Assembly: GCA_014905635.1 (NCBI GenBank)
Contig: JABVCE010000018.1
Coordinates: 434,001-498,000, forward strand
Source: Scenedesmus sp. PABB004
Lineage: Eukaryota
Direction: 5' to 3'
DNA: 64,000 nt
Shown here: positions 1-11,100 of the stretch, piece after piece
How the letters are laid out: each line of letters opens with the position of its first letter
Numbering within the stretch: the first letter of the stretch is position 1
Notes under the pieces: generated by a model
Database searches by the model: none
What the model was told of the DNA's origin: nothing
The model's input: only the letters and a program-made list of their open reading frames with translations
Program-made: the position numbers and the translations under genes

Positions 1-230
1 GCGTGCTCTGACCGGCCGAGCTGCGGCGGCCGCGCGCTGCGACGCGCGCGCGCGGGCGGCGCTCGCGGTTGCAACGCCACGCAGTCCCGTTCGCCCCAGC
101 CTGGGCGTAGCACACAACCCCGGGGGCGCGGCGCCGCGCAATTTGTGCAGCGCTGCCCCGGCAACGGCACCTGCAACAACGCCCCAGTGCTGGAGGAGCC
201 CCCCCTTCCTGCCGCCGCGGCGGCGCACCA

Positions 231-267
231 TCACCAGCCGTCGTCGGCCGGCACGTGCTGCGCCGCA

Positions 268-298
<31 letters not shown>

Positions 299-1851
299 GC
301 CAGCTGCTGCTCCGGCTCACGCTGCGCCCCTTGCGCCCGCCGCTGCTGCAGCTGGGCGCCGCGGCGCCCCACGTGTCCTCGCTGACGGGCGCCGACGCGG
401 CCGGCCCGCGCGCTGCGGGCCAGGTGTCGCCCGCTGCGGGCCAGGCGTCGTCCGCTGCGCAGGCGGCCGCCGCTGGCCGCGCCGCGGCGGCGGCGGCGGC
501 CGCCTCGTCCTGGCGCAGCGCGTCCTGCAGCTGCTGCAGCTCAAACCGCCGCGCCGCCCGCAGCGCCGCTCGCTGCTCGTGCGGCCAGCCCTCCCGCATG
601 GCGTCGAGCTGGCGCTGCACCGACGGCACCGCGTCGCGCAGCCACGCGAACTCCAGTGCGCCCGTCGGGCTCGGGCGCCGCGCGGGGTCGCGCTGGAGCA
701 GCGCGCCGAGCAGCTCCGCGGCGCCGGGGTGGGCGATGTGCCGCTCGATCTCCGCGCCCCAGTCCAGCTCCGCGGCGCGCTGCAGCGCCTCGGCCGTGCG
801 CGCCGCGCTGGCCGCCGCGCCGCGCGGCGGCACGAGCTGCCGCGGCAGCGACCCGGCGATCAGCTCGTAGAGTGTAAGCCCCAGGCCATACATGTCGACC
901 GCGCTCGTCGTGCGCGCGGCGAGCTCGGGCAGCTCGTGCAGGCGCCACGGCGGCGGCCCCGACTCCCGCCCCTGCTCCTGCCCCGGCTCGGGCCACGGCG
1001 CGCCGCCGCCCTCCCACGGCGCGATGATGTACTCGGGTGGGATATACTGCAGGTCAAAGCCTGTCAAAAAGCCTGCGGCAGGAGGCAGCACGCGCGGCGT
1101 CGACGCGGGCGCGCCGTGCCGCGCTGCGCCGCGGGTCGGCGGCGCCGGCCCGCGCAGCGCGCCGCTTTGACTTGACTGACCCCGCCCGGGCCGCCGCCGC
1201 GCCGCACCCGCGAGGCTGCCTGCGCGCGCCATCAGCCCGCAGTCTGACAGCCACGCCCAGCCCGCGCCCTCGGGCTGCACGTCACGCACGAGCACGTTGG
1301 CGGGCTTCACGTCGCGGTGCACCAGGCCCTGCCGCGCGCCCGGCCCCGCGGCTCAGCCCGCGCCGCCCGCCCGGCGCGCGCAGCACGGCCGCGCCCTCAA
1401 AACCGAGCCGCCCGAGCCTGGCCGCCGCCGCTGCGAGGCGCCGCACCCGCTGCGCCAGCTCCGCGAGCGCGAGCGCGACGTGCACTGCGACATGCTGCGC
1501 GAGCGAGACCGCCGCGCCCAGCAGCGCCTCGCCGTCGCCGAGCTCGGCCGACAGGCGGCGCCGCCACTCGGCCGCGCTGGGGCCGGCGTGCGCGTAGACC
1601 AGCTCCGCGCCGTGCTCGTCCAGCGTGAGGCGCAGCGGGACGTTGACGTTGGGAACGTCGGCGAGGTCGAGCATCGCGCCGTACTCGCTCAGTGGCTGCT
1701 GCCGGTTGCCGGCGAACAGCACGCGGCTGCGGCGCCAGCGCTTGAGCACGCACGCGCCGTCGGGCGTCTCAACGAGCAACACGACGCTCGACCGCGTGCG
1801 CGACGCCGACAGCTCGCGCGTGCGCACGTCGCCGCCGCCGCGCGCCGCCAT
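231..1851 (-). CDS. Divergent Ser/Thr protein kinase (about 2 introns)
   Basis: Spliced translation gives CVLK (VAIK lysine), HRDVKPANVL catalytic loop, DCG (for DFG), YIPPE, DMYGLGLTLYEL and DPARRPS. ATG at 1851, TGA at 231. Confidence 0.8.
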
Positions 1852-2658
1852 GGCGCCGCCGCGACCGGCGCCGCCGCGACCAGCGCCGCTGCCGCTGCGA
1901 CGCGGCCCGCCGCTGCTGGCGCCGCTGCTGGCGGACCGCTGCTGCCGCTGCTGGCGCGCGCTCCCCGACCCACAGCTGCTCTGACGGGGGCTCCGCGAGG
2001 CGCCTGGAGCGACGGGCGCCGGCCTGGCGGTGGTGGCGGCGGCGGCGGTGCGGCGCGGTGCGGGTGGCGGCCTGCGCTGGCGCCGCGCGCGCTCGAAGCA
2101 GTCGGCGCTTGCGGCTGCGGGTCTGGTGAGCGGTTCGAGAGTCGTGTGGGGGCTGCTCGCTCCGGCGCGGACGTGTCGGGGCGGCGGGCGGCGGCTTCGC
2201 GTCGCTGACGACCAAACGCACGCCGTCAAAAGAAGGCCCCCCGTCCTCCCGGCCCATGCGATTTCTATAGGCCGCCCCCACCCGCAACCAAGGCAAGTGC
2301 GGCCCACCCTCAAAACGTGATGCCCGGCCGAGCGGCTTGCCTGTCCCGCACGCACGGGTCGCGTGGCACGCACATCCTGCGCCTAGACACACAGAGCCGC
2401 ACAGCACATATGTCTAGAGAGAGAGCCCCGAGCCTCGGCCTGAGCTCAGGCCGGTGTTTATTGCGTTTGCGCGGCAGTGCCGCACCCGGCAGCCGCGCCG
2501 CCGGCGGCGCCGCGCGCGCGCGCGCTGCGCTGCGGCGCCGGCACCGGCGCCGCGCCGCGCGCTGCGCCGCGTCCGTCCCCCCTGCCCCCCGTGGCGGGGC
2601 CCGCCCCTGGCGGGCATGCAATGGAATGGGAGCGTGCGCTCACGCCTGCCGCGGGCGC

Positions 2659-4420
2659 TCACTTGTTCACGCGGTACTTCTTGGGCACGTGCTCCGACAC
2701 GTACAGCTGGATCGCCTCCTCGATGATCTCGTGCGCCTTGTCGGCGCCCAGGATCTCGTCCACGCGCACCTCCTGCGCGCCACCAGCGCGGCAGGCGGCG
2801 CGGTCGGCCGCGCGCGCGGGCAGGCGGGGGGCGCGCCGCCGCGCCGCCCTCCCGCTGCCCCCGACGCGCACGCTGCCACGCGCCCCGCGCCCCACGCTGC
2901 ATGCCCCGCGCCCCACGCTGCATGCCCCGCGCCCCGCGCCACCACGCGCGCCGGTCCGCGCCTTGTGCTCGTTCTTCTTGTAGTCTTCGAAGAACGACCG
3001 AATCTCGGCGAGGCGGTGCGCGGGGAGCTCGGAGATGTCGTTGAAGTTTTTGAACGCCGGGTCGTGGCAGTGCACCGCGATGATCTTGTCGTCGCGCTCG
3101 CCCTGGTCCAGCATCTGCAGCACGCCGATCGGCTTGACCTGCGCGGCGCGCCGCGGCGCCGGCGGCGCGACGTCGGCGCGGCGCCGCGGGCGCGTCGGCG
3201 GCGAGCGCGGTCCGGCGCGTCGGCGCTGCTGCCGCGCGCCTGCATGAAGCTGAACGGCGCCGTCTGGCTCTGCATGACCACGAGCACGTCGAGCGGGTCG
3301 TTGTCCTGCGAGGCGGCGGCGCAGCAGCACGGCGGCGGCCGCGTGAGCGCCCGCGTGAGCGGCGCGCAGCGCGCGCAGCGGCCCGCGCAGGCGCGGCGCG
3401 CGGTCGGTGCGCGGCGCGTGCGCGGTCGGCGCGCGGTCGGCGCGCGGTCGGCGCGCGGTCGGCGCGCCTCGCAGAGCGTCTGCGGGATGAAGCCGTAGTT
3501 GTGGGGGTAGCGCACGCTGCTGGCGAGCACGCGGTCGACGTAGAGCATGCCCGTCTCCTTGTCCAGCTCGTACTTGACCTTGGAGCCCTTTGGGGTTTAG
3601 GGCGGGGGTGTGGGCGCGGCGCGGTGTGCGTGTGTTGGTGTGTGGGCGCGCGGCGGCGGTTCAGGGCGGGCGTGCGCGGGGCGGGGCGGAGGCGCGTTCG
3701 CACGCGCACGTGCGAGGAGGCGCGCCCCGCACGCGCCGCGCCTCTGCCCGCCGCGCTGCGGCGGCTCGCGCAGCCCTGCCGCCGCCGCGCCCGCGCAGCC
3801 CCGCGCGCGCGCGCGGCGGCGCGCACCGCGGGGATTTCGATGATGCAGTTGACCACCTCTGGCGCGCGCTCGCCGACGGGGACGTCGTGCCAGGGGTGGC
3901 TCGCGACGCCGCGCACGTCGACGACCTCCAGGTTGCTGTTGCTCGGCACGCGCGGCACGCCCGGCGCGCTGCTGAAGCCGCCGCCGCCGCTGAGGTTGTC
4001 GCGGCTCGGCGCGCGGTAGAGCGTGCGCGGCGGGCCGGGCTGCTGCTGCGGCGACGCCGCGCCGTTGAGCGCGGCCGCGGGCGGCGCGGGCGCGGGCGCC
4101 TCGGCCGCGGCGCACTCCTGCGCGCGGCGCGCGGCGCGCGGCGGCGGCGGCGGTGGCGCGCTCGGCGGCGGCGGCGGCACGCCCGGCGCCGGCGGCGCCG
4201 CCGGCGGCGGCTGCAGCAGTTGGCCGCGCCGCGCCGGGCCGGCGCCGCGGCGCGGCGCGGCCCCGCGCCGCCGCCGCCGGTGGCGTGGAGGTCCGGGGCG
4301 CCTCGAGCCGCCCGGGGGCGCGGCCCGCGGGCGCTGCGGGGGCGCGGCCGCGCGGGGCCAGGCGCGCGCCCCCGGCGAGGCGGTCAAGCCGGCCCGCACC
4401 TGCTCGATGACGGACTCCAT
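2659..4420 (-). CDS. Soluble inorganic pyrophosphatase, family I (5 introns)
   Basis: HPWHD...[49 protein letters not shown]...[14 protein letters not shown]...FFEDYKKNE. Confidence 0.93.
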
Positions 4421-4889
4421 GACGCCTCGCACGACGTTCAGGGGCGCCTGTGTCCGGGCCGAGCTCGCTGGCGCGCCGGGCGCTGGCGTCGGGGGCGCGC
4501 GTTTGGTGATGCGGGCGCGGGCGCGGGCCTGGCGGGCGGTGCTTGAGGCGGTGTGGGCAGCTGCGAGCTCGGGTCGAATCGAGAATTGGCGTCGCGGTTT
4601 GGGCGCAGCAGCAGGGTGCGGCTCCTTGGTGCCCGGCGCGGCACCCCGGTCCGCACACGCGCGCGCGGCGTCGCGACGACGTCCACCACGACGAGCAGGC
4701 ACTAGCGCAGGCGCGCGCAGACTAGCAGCAGCGCAGCCGGGCCCAGGGGAGCAGCTGGGCGCCACCGCGGGCCGCGTTCCGGGCGCCCCCCGCTCCCTCG
4801 CTCGACGCCCGCTGCCGGGCGCGGGCGCCGGCATGGCGCGGGCGGGGAGGCGCTGCTGAGGACGCGTGCGCGTGGCCGTCGACGACAAA

Positions 4890-6545
4890 ATGCAGCGCCC
4901 CCAGCGGCGCACGGCCGTGGGGAGCTCGCTGCACTCCTCGCCCGACAGCGTGGGCGGCTTTGCCGACGGCGGCGGCCTCGCCCTGGCGGCGGGGGCTGTG
5001 GGGATGCCGGGGCGCCTCCCACAGTGGCCCCCGGGCGCCGGCCCGGGCCCGGACGGCGGCGAGCTGCTTGACATCTGGGACACCATGTGGTGCGCGGGCG
5101 CTGGCGCGGCGGGGCGCGGGGGCGGCGCGCACGCGCCGCGCGCGCCGCCGCTGTCGCCGCTGTCGCCGCTGCCGCTCACCCGCCCGCGCGCCGCGCGCGC
5201 CAGGTTTGGCGTGGGCACCTCGCCGCCGGGCAGCTACCCGCCGCGGCGGCGCCCGACCCGCGCCGCCAAGATCGCCGACCCGCTGGCGGGCATGCCGCTG
5301 CCGCCGCTGCAGCAGCACGCGGCGCAGCAGCACGCGGCGAAGCAGGCGGCGGCGGCGGCCGCGGCGGCGGCAGCGCAGCAGCAGCGCGGCCCGTCGCCCG
5401 ACCTGGGGCAGCCGGGCACGCCGAGCGAGGAAGACCTGCAGCGCCTGCGCCCGGTGAGCGCGAGCAAGGCGGCCGGCGCGGCGCGCGGCGGCCGGCAGCT
5501 GCAGCAGCAGCAGGCGGCCGCGGCGGCGGAGCAGGAGCAGGCGCTGCAGGCGGCCGCGGCGCAGCTGCTGCAGGCGCAGCAGGAGCTGCTGCAGGCGCAG
5601 CCGGCGCAGCCGTACGTGCTGGGCACGTGGACGCAGCGGCAGTTCAAGATGCCTCAGGCGGCGGCCGCGCAGGCGGCCGGGCTGGCGCTGCCGGGCACGT
5701 CGCTGGCGCAGCCCATCCCGCTGCTCGCGCGGCCCGGCTCGAGCGGCGGCAGCGGCGGCGCCGGCAGCGGCGGCGCCGCCGCGGGCGGGGCCGAGGCCGG
5801 CGCCGAGCAGGCGCACGGCGGCAACGCGGCGGCGCTCGCGGCGGCGGCGGCCGCCGCCGCCGCCGACGCGGCCGCCACGCTCGCGGCGGGGTCGCGCACC
5901 TCGCGGCGCAGCCTCGGCACGGACGACGAGGAGGAGGCGGTCGCGCAGGCGGCGTGGCGCTGGCGCTTTGCGCGGCGCTGGCAGGCGGAGCAGGCGCGGC
6001 CGCCGGCCGACCCCGCCGCGCCCGCGAGCGTCGGCGACGGCGGCATGGAGGACGCGCTCGCGTACCTCGCGGCGTGCGGCGAGAACTGGCACCTCGCGCG
6101 CGCGGCGTCGGCGGAGGACGCCGGCGGCACCGCCGAGTCGCGCATGCTCGGCACGCTCGGCACGCCGTCGCTGCTCGGCGCGGAGCTGCTCGTCGGCGAC
6201 GGCTCGTTCTCCGCGGCGAGCCGCGGCAGCGGGCTGCTCGCGGGCGCCGAGTCGGGCGGGCTCATCATGGGCGGCCTGCTCAGCTGCGAGGCGAGCCACA
6301 CCGGTGGCGGCGGCGCCAGCGGCGGCGGCGGCGGCGGCGGCGCGGGGCGCGGCGCGGCGACGCAGGAGGTCAGCGGTCTGACCAAGCGCGCGGCGCAGCT
6401 CCTCGCGGCGCAGAGCGACATTGACAAGGCGGTCGCGGCGCGGTGCGCAGGCCGGGCGCGCGGCGGGGCGCGGCGCTGCGCAGGGGGCGGCGGCCGCGCC
6501 GCGCGCGGGGCAGGGCGTGCGGAGGGCGCTGCCGCCGCGGCGCCG

Positions 6546-6579
<34 letters not shown>

Positions 6580-7182
6580 ACCCGCGCACCCGCCGCCGCC
6601 GCCGCCGCGGGCGCAGCTGGCGCGAGGTGCACGCGGCGACGTCGAGCGAGCTGTGGGTGGGCGCGCTGCTGGAGAGCGTGCAGGTGGACGACTGGGGCAG
6701 CTACAAGTTCCTGCTGCTCCGCCTGCGCGACCGCGCGGGGCGCACCAAGCTGCTCGTGCGCGGCGCCAACTACGCGAGCGATGCCAAGCTGGTGGAGGGG
6801 CTGCACCGCCAGATGATGGCCGCGTGCGCGGGGCACGACGTGCGCGCTGAGACGATCGAGGTTGTCGGCGGCGGCGTCATGGAGTGGCGGCGCCACCGCG
6901 ACCGCCACCTGCACATTAGCGGCGGCTACGTAGCGCCCGCGAGCGGCGCGGGCGGGCCGAGCACGGCCGGCGAGGTGATGAGCCTCGCCGCGGTGCTGAC
7001 GAAGCAGCACCTGCCGATGCACTACAAGGTGCGCGCCGCGCGCCGCCGCGCTGCGGCGCCCCGGGCGCGCGGCGGCCGGCGGGCGGGGGCGCCCGCGGCA
7101 GCGAGCTCAGCGCGCGTGCCGCCGCCGCGCTCGCCCCCGCCCGCGGCCGCAGGTGACCTCGGAGGGCGGGAAGGCGCTGTGA
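4890..7182 (+). CDS. Low-complexity protein with a C-terminal Janus/Ocnus (PHPT1-like) domain
   Basis: C-terminal VQVDDWGSYKFLLLRL..KLLVRG...EVVGGGVM..LHISG...KQHLPMHYK|VT follows the PHPT1/Janus pattern. Last exon 7153-7182. Confidence 0.65.
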
Positions 7183-8103
7183 GGCGCTGGCGCCGGCGGA
7201 GCGCGCCGCAGCAGGCCCAGTTGCTGCAGCAGCAACGGCGGCTCGCAGGACTGGCGCCCGGCACCTGAGCGTGCCGTGGCGCGGCCGTCAGCGTGTTTCG
7301 TGTGTGCGTGCGTGCGCGCGTTTTCTGTGCGCGCGCGCATGTGTGTGCGTGTGTGTGCGTGTGTCACAGGGCAGCGGGTAGGCAGCTGCTGGGGCAGCCT
7401 TCGCGAGAGCTGCAGCAGTGGCAGGCAGCGCCGTGCCGTGCGGCCGGCCCGGCTGAATCGCCGGTCATTCCTTGCCGCTCGGCCCCGGGCAGCGGCGCCG
7501 CCTCCTGCTGGCGGCGCCCTGCCCGCGCCCCTGCCCGGCCGCCCCTCTCGGCGGCACCCCCGGGCGGGGCGCGCGCGCTCCCAGCGAGCCGGGCGCCGCG
7601 TGGCCGGCGAAGAGTTGCACCGGTTGGCGTTGGCGCGCGCTGGCGGCCCCAAACGGCGCCAGCGGCGCGGCGGCCGTGCGGGCGGCGCCCTCGGGACGGC
7701 GGCGGCAGCAGCCGCGCTGCACATCGTCTCGGCGCGCCAGCAGCGCGGCGGCCCCCCCTGCGCGGAGCGGAAAGTTTTGAAGATTGTGTGGCGGGCGGGA
7801 AGTGCTGGCCGCGTGGGTGAAGCCCCCGCGCGTGCGAGGGCTGGGGCTCCTCCTTAACGCACCCTCCCTCCTCGACGGGCTCGGCGAGTTGCGCGCGGCG
7901 TGTGGCAGCACTGCGTGCGTGTACACTGGCATGCGTCCTCGGGCAAGCACTTGCGAGAGCGGCAGCGGGCAGGTGGTGGGGGGACCAGGGTTTCCGGCGG
8001 CGGCGCCGCGTGGGTTGTCCACGCAAGTGCGGCGTTAATGTTAACGGCCGTCTGTCTGTCGCTGCGCTCGTCGAACAGCATCGCTCGCGTGCGCGTCAGC
8101 CGC

Positions 8104-11100
8104 TCAGACCCCCTCCAGCAAGTCCAGCGCCGTCGCCGCGCTGCACGCCAGCTGCTCCAGCCACCAGCTCGTGCCGCCCGCCGCCGCGCCGGGCGCGAGG
8201 CTCGCGGGCCGCACCCACACCGCCGGCGCGCCGTCGGCGGCGCCGCGCTTGCCGCTCAGGCGGCTCGGCAGCTTGCCGGCCCCCGGCAGCGCGGCCCCCG
8301 CGCCGCCGGCCTGGTCCGCCGCGCGGCCCGCGTCGGCGCCGCCGCCGCCCGCGTCGCGCCGCTCCTCGAGCAGCGCCGCCGCGTGCGCGCGCACCGCCGC
8401 CAGGCGCGCCGCCGCGCCGGGCAGCTTGCGCAGCGCCGCCTTAACGCGCTCGCCCTGCCACATGAGCGCCCACAACGCCGACACGGCGTAGGCCGCGGCG
8501 CACACGTTGCCCGACGCGGCGGGCACGAGCGCCGCGCCCTGCCCGCACGCGGAGCCCGCGGGGCTGCCGGAGGTGAGGGGCTTGCCGTACAGCGGCGCCC
8601 AGCCGCCCGCGCCGCCGGCGGCGCCCGCGGCGGCGCCGTCGCCGGGTGCCTCTGGCGCGCGCGGCGGCTGCAGCGCCTCCGCCGCGGCGAGCAGCAGCGG
8701 CAGCAGGCCCGCGCTCGCGACCGCGGGGCTGAGCAGCTCGGCGCTGAACGCGAGGTTGCGCAGCGCGAGGAGCCCCGCCGCCGCCGCGCCGGGCGCGCCG
8801 GGGAGCTGCACTGCCTCGACCAGCAGCTCCAGCAGCGCCGGCGCGACCGACGCGCGCAGCATCGCGCGCTGGCCCTCGGGCCGGCCCGCGACCGCCGCGA
8901 GCGCGCCGAGCAGCCCCGCGGCGCGCTCCGCCTGCGCGGCGCGCTGCGCCGGCGGCTCGGCCTCGCGCCGCGCGGAGAGCAGGCAGCCGCGCAGCGCGAG
9001 CTGCGCGTCGCCGAGGAACGGAGACCCGGCCTTGACCAGCTGCGCCGCGCCGTCGCGTGTGCTCGCATAGTGCTGCAGCGCGACGCACGCGCCCGCGACG
9101 ACCTCCGGCACGCCCGCGGCGCCCGCGCTCGCGGCCGCCGCGCTCGCGGCGGCGGCGGCCGCGCCGCCGCCGCCGCCGTCGGCGCCCGGCGCCGGCGGCT
9201 GGGGCGCCAAGACGAGGGCGAGGACCCAGGCGAGCAGCGGCGCGCCACACGGCTGCTGCGCCGGCGGCAGCGTGGCCGCGGCGAGGCGCGCCTCGTAGCA
9301 GGTGGGCAGCAGGTTGTCCAGCACGCGCAGCAGCTCCAGCAGCAGCGGCGTGTGGCCCAGGCCGAGCGGCCAGAGGCGCAGCAGCAGGTCGACCTGCGGC
9401 CGGCGCGGCGGGGGGTGAACCGCGGGGTGAGCCGTGCGAGGGGGCGGCGCAGGCGCCGGCGCGCCCCGGCCGCGGCGCGCGGCTCACCAGGCCATCGCCC
9501 ACGAGCGCCGCCTGGGTGTCGTGGCAGCCGAAGGCCATGTGGCGCAGCAGCATGACACACGACTGCAGCTTGCGCTGGTTGGCGGCGCGCGCCGCGGCCG
9601 ACGCCGCCTTGGCCGCGCCGCTGGTCGCGGTCGCAGGGCGCGCGGGCTCGGCCGCCGGCTCCGCCTCGGGCGCGGGCTCGGCCACCGGCTCCGCCTCCGG
9701 CGCAGGCGCGGGCTCGGGCGCGGGCTCGCAGCTGCTCGGCGCGGGCTCGGCAGCCGACTCAGCAGCAGCCTCCGGCGCCGCCTCGCCCCCGTGCGGCGCC
9801 TGCTGCGCCGCCTGCTGCTCCCGCCGGCGCTTCGCGTGCTCGCTACGCAGGCTGCCGGCTGCCCTGGGCCCGGCCGCGCGGCGCGGGCCCGCCGCCGCCG
9901 CGGCGATGCCCTGCGCGGGCGCGCCCCTGGGCGCCGGGGGCGCCGCGGGGCCGCCGCTCCGCCCAAACGCCACGCCGGCGGCGCCTGTGCCTGGCGCCTT
10001 GGCTGCGGCGGTGGTGGCCACCGCGCCGGAGAACCAGCGCGCCCGCACCCTGCCGGGCTGCGCCGCCGATGGCGGGCCGCTGCCGCTGGGCGGCGCGCTG
10101 CCGTCGCGCGGCGCCGCCGGCGGCGGCGCGACCGCGGCGGCCATCGCCCGCGCCGCCTGGCTCAGCAGCCTGTGCAGGCCCACCTCCACCGCCGCGGCCT
10201 TGGCGCCCCGGCTGAAGGCGAGCAGGTTTTGGAGCGCAAACACCACCGCAAGGCCCTCCGGCGGCGCCACGCTCGGCGGCGCCCCGCCCTCGCCCGCCGC
10301 CGCCGGCGGCGCAGGGGTGAAGAGGCCGTCCGGCAGCGCCGCCGCGAGCTCGCGGCACAGCGCGGCGCCAACGGGCGCGCCGCCGCAGCAGGCCTCCGGC
10401 GCGGGCGCCGCCGGCGCGGGCGGGCCCCACAGCTCGCCCTCGTCGTCCTCCGCCTCGGGCTCCTCCTCGGGCCGCTGCGGCGCTGCTGGCGCGTCCGCCA
10501 CGCCCAGCGCCGCCGCCGCGACGGCGGCGTCGCTGCACAGCAGGCCCACCAGCTGCGCGGCGGCGAGCTTCAGGCCGCCGCTGGCGGCCGGGCCGCACGC
10601 AAGGCAGGCCGCCAGCCCCACGAGCACGCCGCCCGGGGCGCACGCGCCGGAGCCGCCGCTGGCCAGCACCAGGGCGCCGCGCCGCTCGCCCGCCGGCGAG
10701 CCGTGCTGCTGCCTGGGCGGGCCGCTGGCCGTCTGCAGCAGCTCCAGCAGCTGCTGCCGCCGCGCCTCCGCCGGCAGCGACGCGAGCGGCGCAGCGAGCA
10801 CGCCGGCGGCAGCAACGTGCACGAGCGCCAGCTGCTGCCGCAGCAGCGCGACGGCCGCGCTCGGCGCCGCCGGCCCCCGCGCACGTCAACGAGGCTGCCG
10901 CCGATGGCGCTGATCGCGCGCGCCAGCACGCCGGCCGCGCCCCGCAGCACGTCCTGCACAGCTGCGGGCAGCAGCAGCAGCCCGCCGCCGGCAGACGCCG
11001 GCGCGATGGCCAGCGCCAGCAGCTGCGCGGCGCCGGCCGCCGCGCCGGCGCGGCACGCCGCGTGCTGCAGCCGCACCGTGGCCGCGAGCGCCGTGGCGTT

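Noticed and set aside
7760..8090. RNase P/MRP-like RNA (GGAAAGT motif)
   Set aside because: No complementary 3' P4 strand found; probably UTR or intergenic sequence.
10835..10890. Programmed frameshift in rotatin
   Set aside because: Explained by one missing base in a 5-nt homopolymer or by a 50-nt GT-AG intron; cannot be distinguished without reads.
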